From Candidatus Cloacimonadota bacterium (GTDB lineage Bacteria; Cloacimonadota; Cloacimonadia; Cloacimonadales; WRIO01): a stretch of 30,838 nucleotides of DNA. Shown here in pieces: positions 10,045-18,090 of this stretch; position 1 is the first letter of the stretch; every line of letters starts with the position of its first letter. The translations under genes were made by a program, and so were the position numbers. The stretch spans positions 1-30,838 of the forward strand of contig JAKQQL010000107.1 of assembly GCA_029564175.1 (NCBI GenBank). The letters are read 5' to 3'. The notes under the pieces were generated by a model, which saw only the letters and a list, made by a program, of their open reading frames with translations, was not told the DNA's origin and searched no databases.

Positions 10045-10929
10045 ATGAGAGTAAATGAAAAATTAGATTTTGATACGCTGAGTGATTTGGTAAACAAATC
10101 GCCATTGGCCTCTGTCAAAATGCTTTTTTCAGACATATTTAAACTTATCTCTAATCCTGATGCGACTGCCAGACAGTTAAAATGTATTATAGAAAGAGAT
10201 CCTGTTTTAACTATGAAAATTCTGACGCTTGCAAACTCAGTATATTATGGGTCTTTTAAAAAAATTAGTGATATTCTGCAGGCAATAGTTTGGCTTGGAT
10301 TTGATACCGTAGTTCATTTGGTTTTTTTAACCAAGCTATATGGAATTTTTAATGAAAATCCAAAAGAAATAGAGCATTTTCGAATCAGTTTATGGAAATC
10401 ATCAATAGCTTCCGCTATTATGGGTAAAGTGATTTTTCGACGTGAATTCAGTGAATCAGGAAATTTAATATACACGGCAGGTCTTTTACATAACATTGGC
10501 GCACTTTTTATATCTTTAGCTAAATCTGATCATTTCTTTTTTATCAGAGATGAAATGAATAGACAAAAACGTGATGCGGATAGTCTGGAATTGAATCATT
10601 ATGGAGTTGATCATGCAAATCTAACTTCATTAATAATGAAAAGCTGGGGATTTCCAGATCCCTTGATAAATATTATAAAATACCACCATAACCCTGTCAA
10701 ATCACCTCTTAGTTGTCGAAAAGAGACTTTATGTCTGTTTTTATGTGATCAAATCATTCATAAAAAAAAGCTTAGATTCTCTGATTTATATGCGTATAAT
10801 GACAATAAAACTCAGGCGGTTATCAATTTTCTGGGTTTACATGAAACGATGCTTTTAGCCGTAATGAATAATGTAAGAGAAGAACTGGAGATGATGGATA
10901 AAATGGGTTGGTTTGGTCATGAGTCATAA
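10045..10929 (+). CDS. HDOD domain signalling protein (paralog 2)
   Basis: DPVLTMKILTLANSVYYG, AIVWLGF, GLLHNIG, GVDHA, WGFP, YHHNP; ends MGWFGHES. Start reassigned to ATG 10045 from the RBS and promoter. Confidence 0.88.
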   Translation: MRVNEKLDFDTLSDLVNKSPLASVKMLFSDIFKLISNPDATARQLKCIIERDPVLTMKILTLANSVYYGSFKKISDILQAIVWLGFDTVVHLVFLTKLYGIFNENPKEIEHFRISLWKSSIASAIMGKVIFRREFSESGNLIYTAGLLHNIGALFISLAKSDHFFFIRDEMNRQKRDADSLELNHYGVDHANLTSLIMKSWGFPDPLINIIKYHHNPVKSPLSCRKETLCLFLCDQIIHKKKLRFSDLYAYNDNKTQAVINFLGLHETMLLAVMNNVREELEMMDKMGWFGHES

Positions 10930-10943
10930 GTAAGACTCATTAT

Positions 10944-12701
10944 CTAATTGGGGCATAAGGCTCTTTTAAGAAAAATATCCACACATGTTCCATGATCATT
11001 CGGATGCTCATCAATATGACGACTGCTTATGTGAATTTTAGCATTGTATTGTTTGAGATATTTATCGATTAGAGGCATACCAATACCAATCCCGGATTCT
11101 CCCATTGTACCACTTGTTAAAATGGGTTTATCATGCTTGAAGATTTTTTTTAGATGAGCCTTTTTGATGCCTATACCCTGATCTGAAATTTTCACTTTCA
11201 ACCATTCATCTTCTATACTTAAACTGATTTGTATGACAGAGTCAGAAAAAGAAAATTTTATGGCATTAGATATCAGATTATTAACCACACAATTTTGAAA
11301 AGATACAGGCTCAACATGGATATAAAGTTCATCTAAGGGAATATCTGCACTTATCTGAATTCTTATATTTTTCTTGTTTAATTTATTTTGAAAGAGCATT
11401 TTTGTTTCATCCATTATTTTTGCAACAGAAGTGCTTTTTAACTCAATTTTAATTTTACCGGACTCAACTGCAAGAAGCTCTTTAACATGCGTTAATGTAT
11501 TTAACATAGAATATGACATAGATTTGATTGTACTCAGATTGTCTTGAAGATCTCTTGATACCGTTACAGACTTCTCTATATTTTGATTTGCCATCAGAAT
11601 GGCATGTAGAGGATTCGCCAGCTCTTGTGTTAAAATTCTGAGAAGTCTTTCATTCTCTATGTTTTTTTGACTAAGTTCCTTCGTTAAATGTTTTTCTCTT
11701 TTAAGCGCATTCTTTAAATCGATATTTTTTAGACGGTAAAGTTCTTTTTCCTGTTCTTTATACATAAGCTCAAAGCGGGTTTTTAATTCTTCACTGCTGT
11801 CATGTAATTCTTTTTGATGGATTTCACTTTCAATATCGATATATTGATGTAAGTATCTCAACGCTTTTTCATGCAGGTTCATTCTGTCATAAGTATCAGA
11901 AAGGTTATACAGCAACATTCGTTTAAAGAACTGATTATTTTTTTCATCACATTCTTTTATGAGATTTTCTGTGATTTGAATACATTCATCATAACGCTTC
12001 AACTCATTTAATATAGCCGCTTTAACGCCCAAAGAGTATCCCAGATCAACCTGTGGTGCTAAATCTATTGCTAAATCAATATACATAAGTGCTTTATCTT
12101 CTTGATGCAAATGATTATGGTATAGTATTGCCGTATTATAATAGATGGAAAAACGATAATCTTCTATGTTTTGTTCATCACTAATTTTTTGGGCTTTTTC
12201 TAAGTACTTCAGTGCTATGTCTGCCTGGTCTGTATCAGAATATACCCGTGAAACACAGGCATAAATGGTTATCATTTGTCGGTAATCTTTTTGTTCAGAA
12301 GCAATCTCTAAAGCTTTTTCAGAGTACTCTATGGTCTTTTCAGAATTCTTTACCCTGTAATATATACCTGAAATTAAATAGAGAATTCTTCCTGTGAACT
12401 TACTCAGATCAAGCTGGTAACATAACTCCAATGCTTTCAATAAATCAGACAGCGCGCCTTCATTTTGATTCAGATAGAAATGATAAGATCCGGATTGATA
12501 ATAATAGAATAATAAATTGTAGTTTGGGAATTTATTCTCTATAAGATCAAAATATTTTTTTAAAACATCAGACATTTCATCAAGCATTTGCTTTTTCAGA
12601 TAGTTTTCCAGTAACTCCTGATACATAGATATCAGTGATTTAGTGTTTTTTTCTTTTTTGATCAGATGATTCAGTTCATTGATTCTATCAGTCATAATCA
12701 T
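10944..12701 (-). CDS. TPR-repeat histidine kinase-like protein (H-box His replaced by Gln)
   Basis: N-terminal TPR-like helices (ALKYLEKA, ALRYLHQY), coiled coil, H-box region LTQELANPL, N-box NNLISNAIKFS, G1 DQGIGI, G2 GESGIGIGM. Confidence 0.85.
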   Translation of the reverse strand: MIMTDRINELNHLIKKEKNTKSLISMYQELLENYLKKQMLDEMSDVLKKYFDLIENKFPNYNLLFYYYQSGSYHFYLNQNEGALSDLLKALELCYQLDLSKFTGRILYLISGIYYRVKNSEKTIEYSEKALEIASEQKDYRQMITIYACVSRVYSDTDQADIALKYLEKAQKISDEQNIEDYRFSIYYNTAILYHNHLHQEDKALMYIDLAIDLAPQVDLGYSLGVKAAILNELKRYDECIQITENLIKECDEKNNQFFKRMLLYNLSDTYDRMNLHEKALRYLHQYIDIESEIHQKELHDSSEELKTRFELMYKEQEKELYRLKNIDLKNALKREKHLTKELSQKNIENERLLRILTQELANPLHAILMANQNIEKSVTVSRDLQDNLSTIKSMSYSMLNTLTHVKELLAVESGKIKIELKSTSVAKIMDETKMLFQNKLNKKNIRIQISADIPLDELYIHVEPVSFQNCVVNNLISNAIKFSFSDSVIQISLSIEDEWLKVKISDQGIGIKKAHLKKIFKHDKPILTSGTMGESGIGIGMPLIDKYLKQYNAKIHISSRHIDEHPNDHGTCVDIFLKRALCPN

Positions 12702-12714
12702 TCTCCTGATAGTT

Positions 12715-12743
12715 ATCGTATAAATTTACAGAAGATTTGTCAA
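12715..12743 (-). promoter_or_regulatory. Putative sigma70 promoter of the TPR kinase
   Basis: Minus strand TTGACA-17 bp-TACGAT, then an AGGAG RBS before the ATG at 12701. Confidence 0.6.
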
Positions 12744-12845
12744 ATCTTTTATGAAATATTATTTTTATTGAAATCATCAGAAAATTCAAGAAGATACATT
12801 TTAATCATAAAGCTCCTGCTCGAATTGTTTTGACACTTACCTGGT

Positions 12846-14024
12846 TTAAACATCTAAATATTCCTGGTCAGGGTATTTTGCTTTTAAAATCAAGATTTCA
12901 TCCTGAATGCTCAAAAACAGTCTGATTAATTCAGGATCAAATTGTGAACCAGCTGAAATTTGTAATTCATTCCAGACTTTATCCATATCCCAGGCTGCTT
13001 TATAACATCTTCTGGAAGACAAAGCATCAAAAACATCTGCGATTGCTACAATCCTTGCCATTAAGGGGATCTCATTATGCTTCACATTGAAGTCAGGGTA
13101 TCCGCCTCCATCCCAGTGCTTATGATGATACAGGGCAATCTCACCAGCCATTTTGTCTAAATCTGATTGTTCATCAGTGAATAGTCCTGCTCCAATTTCA
13201 GGATGTTTTTTCATTTGTAGAAATTCATCATAATCTAATTTTCCTGGTTTTTTCAAAATAGAATCAGAAATGCCTACTTTTCCTGCATCATGTAGCATTG
13301 CCGCCATTCGAAGCAGATCTTTTTGAATTTTCCAATCTTTTGACTTAACTTTGTGTTGTTTTGCCCATGCTTCATAGAGTTCTGCAGAATAAGCACCTAC
13401 CCGATTGACATGTGCGCCGGTTTCCATTGGATCTCTCAATTCTGCCATTTTAATCATTCTCATGATCAATGAACGGGTCATTTCAGCCCTTTCCAGTGCA
13501 ACTGCTGCAATGTTTGCAAAATGAACCAAATAGGGGATATCTGCTTCCTGAAATTCTATTGTTTGATTATTTGAATTTTTTGCATTAATCAGTTGCAGTA
13601 TGCCAATTACCTTATGTATGGGTGTTTTAAGAGGTATCGTCAACATAGACTGGGTTCTGTAACCTGTTTTTTTATCAATTTCCGGATAAAATCCATAGTC
13701 TTTATTTGCAGGGATGTGATACACGTCAGGAATATTCAGCACTTCTCCGCTCAATGCCACAAAACCAGAAATGGACGTTTTTTTGACAGGAATGCTAAAT
13801 CTTTCAAAATGCATTTTCTTCGCATTCTGTTGCATCAAATCATTTTGAGTTATCATAAAATGCAATATTTCTTTATCACATATATAGAAAGAGCCTGCTT
13901 CAGCATTCACCAGAGCTCTTGCTTCACTCAGAATGCTTTCCATCAGACTCTCAGTATTTTTAATCTGAGTCAGCTGATTGCCTATACTGATAATTTCTTC
14001 AAGTAATTGCTTATTTTTTTTCAT
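12846..14024 (-). CDS. GAF + HD-GYP domain protein (putative cyclic dinucleotide phosphodiesterase)
   Basis: GAF signature LNIPDVY...F..EIDKKTGYRTQSMLTIPL...GILQLIN; HD-GYP motifs ETGAHVNRV, MLHDAGK, ILKKPGKL, HP, HHKHWDGGGYP, ADVFDAL, R.YK, QFDP. Confidence 0.9.
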   Translation of the reverse strand: MKKNKQLLEEIISIGNQLTQIKNTESLMESILSEARALVNAEAGSFYICDKEILHFMITQNDLMQQNAKKMHFERFSIPVKKTSISGFVALSGEVLNIPDVYHIPANKDYGFYPEIDKKTGYRTQSMLTIPLKTPIHKVIGILQLINAKNSNNQTIEFQEADIPYLVHFANIAAVALERAEMTRSLIMRMIKMAELRDPMETGAHVNRVGAYSAELYEAWAKQHKVKSKDWKIQKDLLRMAAMLHDAGKVGISDSILKKPGKLDYDEFLQMKKHPEIGAGLFTDEQSDLDKMAGEIALYHHKHWDGGGYPDFNVKHNEIPLMARIVAIADVFDALSSRRCYKAAWDMDKVWNELQISAGSQFDPELIRLFLSIQDEILILKAKYPDQEYLDV

Positions 14025-14043
14025 CTAACTACTCCATTAAATG

Positions 14044-14072
14044 AGTATAGCAGAACTTTTTTTTAAAAGCAA
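14044..14072 (-). promoter_or_regulatory. Putative sigma70 promoter of the HD-GYP gene (divergent from ATL)
   Basis: Minus strand TTGCTT-17 bp-TATACT with extended -10 TG; GGAG RBS. Confidence 0.55.
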
Positions 14073-14127
14073 GATATTTTTGCCAAAATTTTTAAAGTGC
14101 TTATTATATGATTAAGGAGTACTAGCA

Positions 14128-14436
14128 ATGAAGGAATTTTCGATTCAGATCATCAAAGTAATTCAGTCAATACCCAAATCAAAAGTGTTAACATACAAAG
14201 CGGTAGCCGAAATGGCTGGCAATCCATACGGTAGCAGACAGGTAAGCCGAATACTTCATTCATGTTCAGAAAAATATCAGTTACCCTGGCATAGAATCGT
14301 CAATTCAAAAGGCTCTATCTCATTATCTTATGGTGCAGGATATGAACTTCAGGAAGCGCTTTTAAAAGCAGAAGGGGTAAAAGTTGACTCAGAAGGAAAA
14401 ATTGATTTGGAAACTTATCTCTGGAAAGCAGAATGA
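14128..14436 (+). CDS. atl: Alkyltransferase-like (ATL/YbaZ, MGMT family) DNA base-flipping protein
   Basis: IP..KVLTY..VA.MAG...RQV; PWHRIV (Trp in place of the catalytic Cys); LLKAEGV. Confidence 0.88.
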   Translation: MKEFSIQIIKVIQSIPKSKVLTYKAVAEMAGNPYGSRQVSRILHSCSEKYQLPWHRIVNSKGSISLSYGAGYELQEALLKAEGVKVDSEGKIDLETYLWKAE

Positions 14437-14525
14437 TGAGAATTTGAGACTTTTATGGTCTTTTAAATTGTGGACAATCGGTTTTTTCTTGACAATCGAA
14501 GCCTTGTATTAATATTAACTTCAAA

Positions 14526-15545
14526 ATGAAAATAGAGGTTTTTTTGAAGTATCTTCTAAAATATATCCCAGTCTTATTGATATTTATGAGCTTTTTCTCA
14601 GTTCTTTATGCTACTACTGAGTCTGTGCCTTATGAAATGATTAATTTCTTTCTGGATGAAAATGCTGATTATGACGATCATGTGCTAATTGTCGATAAAA
14701 GTTTACAAACTGTCTGGCTGTATCAAGTAACAAAAACGCCTTTTCAATTATCACTACTCAGCCAATATCCGGTTACAACCGGAAAAAATAGGGGAGATAA
14801 AGAAAAAAAAGGAGATCTCAAGACTCCTGAAGGGTTTTACCTGATTGAAGGAGAAATTCCTAAAACTCGATTAACACCAATGTATGGGTCAGGCGCTTTT
14901 CCAATTAATTACCCAAACTCAATTGATCAGTATTTGAAGAAAAAAGGAAATGGTATATGGCTTCATGGCACAGATAAAGCATTAACTCCATATGATACAG
15001 AAGGTTGTGTGCGTTTTGATAATCATGAGCTGGAAGCTTTATCAAAATATTTTAATTTTACAAAAACCCCTGTAATTATCTGTGATGTGATTCATTGGGT
15101 CAGTGTAGAACAATTACAGAAAGAATCACTTATGTTGAAGAATATGATTGTTGAATGGAAAGAAGCATGGGAATCACAAGATTTAGCTTCCTATTTACAA
15201 TTTTATCATACTGATTTTTATACTGAAAATCTGAAAATGAATTTTGAACGGTGGGCAAGATATAAAGAACGAATTAACGGGAAAAGAAGTCATATTCAAA
15301 TCGAATTAAAACATCCAAAATTCTTCTATTCAAAAGATTATCTTCTAGTTGAGTTTAACCAGGCTTACAATTCAAGTACATATTCGGATGTAGGCAAAAA
15401 ATCAATGCTATGGAAAAAAGAAGAAGACAATTGGCTGATTTTAAGAGAAGAATGGAATGGATATGCTATTCCCGTAAAATCCGAGTTAAAAATCGATTTT
15501 GAAAATCAATTGCCTGAAGCACTTGATGAATTACTCAAAAACTAA
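14526..15545 (+). CDS. YkuD-fold L,D-peptidase with C-terminal NTF2-like domain, Csd6/Pgp2-like L,D-carboxypeptidase
   Basis: Signal peptide; IVDKS, TGKNRGDK..GDLKTPEGFY, YG..AFPINYPN..D, GIWLHG, TEGCV; NTF2-like tail WKEAWESQDLASYLQFY...K...W.ILREEW. True start may be the TTG at 14544. Confidence 0.82.
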   Translation: MKIEVFLKYLLKYIPVLLIFMSFFSVLYATTESVPYEMINFFLDENADYDDHVLIVDKSLQTVWLYQVTKTPFQLSLLSQYPVTTGKNRGDKEKKGDLKTPEGFYLIEGEIPKTRLTPMYGSGAFPINYPNSIDQYLKKKGNGIWLHGTDKALTPYDTEGCVRFDNHELEALSKYFNFTKTPVIICDVIHWVSVEQLQKESLMLKNMIVEWKEAWESQDLASYLQFYHTDFYTENLKMNFERWARYKERINGKRSHIQIELKHPKFFYSKDYLLVEFNQAYNSSTYSDVGKKSMLWKKEEDNWLILREEWNGYAIPVKSELKIDFENQLPEALDELLKN

Positions 15546-15634
15546 TATTTTATAAGTACTGTCTGTCATTTTTGATTAATGGCAGGTTCAATTTGGTTCT
15601 GTACCAGATAATATACTAAAGGAAAGAGGTTTTA

Positions 15635-17422
15635 GTGAGACAAACTTTCTTACTGTTGTTGATGTTAATTTATTTTAATCTGTCTTATTCAGAAACAGAA
15701 GTCTTCAAATATTTTGAAAATACTGATTATGAACTGAATGTTTATCATATAAAAGGAAAAGAACCTGGTAAAACATTAATGATAATTGGTGGTATTCAAG
15801 GTGACGAATCAGGTGGATATCTATCTGCGGATTTATATGTGGACACTATTTTAGAAAAGGGAAATCTGATTATTGTCCCCAGAGCAAATGTACCTACGAT
15901 TGTGCAAAATAAGAGACAAATCACAAAAGATATGAACAGACGTTTTGATGAACCAAAGACTAATATTTTTGAAGATCAGGTAGTCGAAATTCTTAAAGAG
16001 TTGATGCATAAAAGTGATATTCTATTAAATCTCCATGAAGGAGGCGGTTATTACCGTGAAACATACATTGATAAAATGCATAATCCTATGAAATTCGGGC
16101 AATGTATAATCGCTGATACAGACTCATTTTATGTTGAAAAAAAAGCACAAACGATCAAATTGGGAGATATTGCAAGAACAATTTGCTTAGCCGTTAATCC
16201 TAAAATATCAGATGAAAAATATCATTTTCGTTTTAATAATCATAATACCGTATCCTCCACAACAAAGCATCTGGAACAACGAAAAAGTGCGACATATTAT
16301 GGTCTCACTCAGGCTGGAATCCCTTCTTTTGGCATAGAAGTATCAAAGCAGCTTCCTAGTCTGGAGATGAAAATCAGACACCACACATTGGTTCTGAATG
16401 CATTTTTACAGTATTTAGATATTGTACCTGAATACCCAGGGATTTTTTTAGATAAGCCAGATTATGAGTTTGTGGTTTTCAACGTAAATGGAATAAATAA
16501 GATGGTTGAAAAAGGTCAGGCACTATACATCGATCAGCCTTCTGATATCAAAGTTTCTTTTATTAAAGGAAATTATCAGAGAGGATATTTACTGGATATT
16601 GATCGGTTTGGTACCAGTAATGATATGAATAAAACTTTTTTTGTAGATCAAAATTCTCAACTGATTATCAGAAAGGATAATGTCACAATAGATAAGATTC
16701 CTATCTTACTAGAAAAACAGCCTGAATCCTATAAAGGTCTAAAGTTGCTGGTAGATAACACCGAGTATCAGCTTTCAGTCAATGAAAACTTAGACATAGA
16801 TCAAAATTCTCAGATTCAAATTATAGGAGCTCTGAATGATAATGATCTTTATGAGATAAACTTTTTGGGTTATGCTAATCCGAAAAACTCTGCAGATGAC
16901 AAAGGATATCTTATTTCAATCAATGATAAGTTAATCAAGAAATTCTCTCCCGATAATGGTAAATCATGGTTGATAGAAGTACTCCAAAATAAAAGGAAGA
17001 TTGCATCTCATCGGCTTTTTGTCAAAGAGATGCCTACTGACAGTATTTCAAAAACGATCACTCAGCTAAAGCCTGATTTAAAACCATTTCAACTGCTTTT
17101 CACTCTGAATGGTAAAGATTACCAGATCTATGAAGGAGATACACTTGTCTGTCATAATGGAGATAAATTATCTTTAAACAAAGTCATCCCAGATAAAGAT
17201 ACAAAAGATAAACTGAACGCTAAAGATCAGCAAATGATAAAAATCAATCTGGCAGGCTTTATTGCTGATCCAAAAAAAGATGGGGATGATAAGGGTAAAA
17301 CCTTTAGCATTGACACTACAAAATTTTACAAAAAGTTCCAGTTAGAAGAGAATCTCTATGAGATTCAGATCAATTTGTATGAAAAAAGACTCTCGCTTTT
17401 TTACTTAAAGATTTTGGAATAA
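15635..17422 (+). CDS. Zinc D,L-carboxypeptidase, Csd4/Pgp1 (peptidase M99/M14-like) family, with C-terminal beta-rich extension
   Basis: Signal peptide; GGIQGDESGG (Gln/Glu Zn ligands, diagnostic of Csd4), VPRAN, DMNRRF, LNLHEGGGYY, NP.KFGQCII.D, FGIEVSK. Confidence 0.85.
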   Translation: MRQTFLLLLMLIYFNLSYSETEVFKYFENTDYELNVYHIKGKEPGKTLMIIGGIQGDESGGYLSADLYVDTILEKGNLIIVPRANVPTIVQNKRQITKDMNRRFDEPKTNIFEDQVVEILKELMHKSDILLNLHEGGGYYRETYIDKMHNPMKFGQCIIADTDSFYVEKKAQTIKLGDIARTICLAVNPKISDEKYHFRFNNHNTVSSTTKHLEQRKSATYYGLTQAGIPSFGIEVSKQLPSLEMKIRHHTLVLNAFLQYLDIVPEYPGIFLDKPDYEFVVFNVNGINKMVEKGQALYIDQPSDIKVSFIKGNYQRGYLLDIDRFGTSNDMNKTFFVDQNSQLIIRKDNVTIDKIPILLEKQPESYKGLKLLVDNTEYQLSVNENLDIDQNSQIQIIGALNDNDLYEINFLGYANPKNSADDKGYLISINDKLIKKFSPDNGKSWLIEVLQNKRKIASHRLFVKEMPTDSISKTITQLKPDLKPFQLLFTLNGKDYQIYEGDTLVCHNGDKLSLNKVIPDKDTKDKLNAKDQQMIKINLAGFIADPKKDGDDKGKTFSIDTTKFYKKFQLEENLYEIQINLYEKRLSLFYLKILE

Positions 17423-17453
17423 AAATGAATAAGCTTGAAGAAATGGGACAATA

Positions 17454-17834
17454 ATGAAAATAAATACGACTGAGAACGGTCGATTTGGTGAAGACCTTGC
17501 TGTAAAGTATCTTACAGAACAATCTTATCAGATTATTGAACGAAATTATCATATCTTTGGCGGAGAAATCGATATTATTGCCCAGGATGGAAACGAACTG
17601 GCATTTATAGAAGTTAAATTGCGAAATCAAGGCACAGAAGATGATGCAATTTTATCCATTACCAAAAGCAAACAGAAACGAATTGTTAAAACAGCTTTGC
17701 AATATATTGCCACTCATGAAGAAGCTGAAACGCTATATAGTCGTTTTGATATTATTATCATTATGCAAGACAAGCATCAACACTACCATCTCAATCATTA
17801 TAAAAACGCATTTTACAGTGATGCTGATTTCTAA
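17454..17834 (+). CDS. yraN: YraN family (UPF0102) PD-(D/E)XK-like nuclease
   Basis: GRFGEDLA..YL...Y.IIERNY...GEIDIIA...FIEVK.R...KQKRI...RFDII...NAF. Confidence 0.9.
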   Translation: MKINTTENGRFGEDLAVKYLTEQSYQIIERNYHIFGGEIDIIAQDGNELAFIEVKLRNQGTEDDAILSITKSKQKRIVKTALQYIATHEEAETLYSRFDIIIIMQDKHQHYHLNHYKNAFYSDADF

Positions 17835-17856
17835 CACTTTTTTCCATAAACTGGTT

Positions 17857-18070
17857 GTAGGACAAGCAACTTGCTTGTTATACTGTAAGACAAGCTACCA
17901 GCTTGTTAAGTTAGCAAATCGTTTTTTAAACTGTACGACAAGCTACCAGCTTGTTAAGTTAGTAAATCGTTTTTTAAACTGTAAGACAAGCTACCAGCTT
18001 GTTAAATTTGCAAGCTGCGAGCTTACGTTACAACAAACATATCCATTCGCAAGTTTATAGCTTGTGTTAC
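17857..18070. repeat. REP cluster containing a 48-bp tandem repeat (x2.5) and two inverted REPs
   Basis: GTA(A/C)GACAAGCTACCAGCTTGT at 17885, 17933 and 17981 (period 48, near-identical linkers). GTAGGACAAGCAACTTGCTTGT at 17857. Inverted copies at 18010-18031 and 18049-18070. Confidence 0.88.
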
Positions 18071-18090
18071 ATTTTAGAAAAGAGCATATC

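Noticed and set aside
17883..18005. CRISPR array (palindromic repeat with regular spacing, next to a nuclease gene)
   Set aside because: The spacers are near-identical, the unit also occurs inverted and dispersed elsewhere, and there are no cas genes. It fits a REP tandem.
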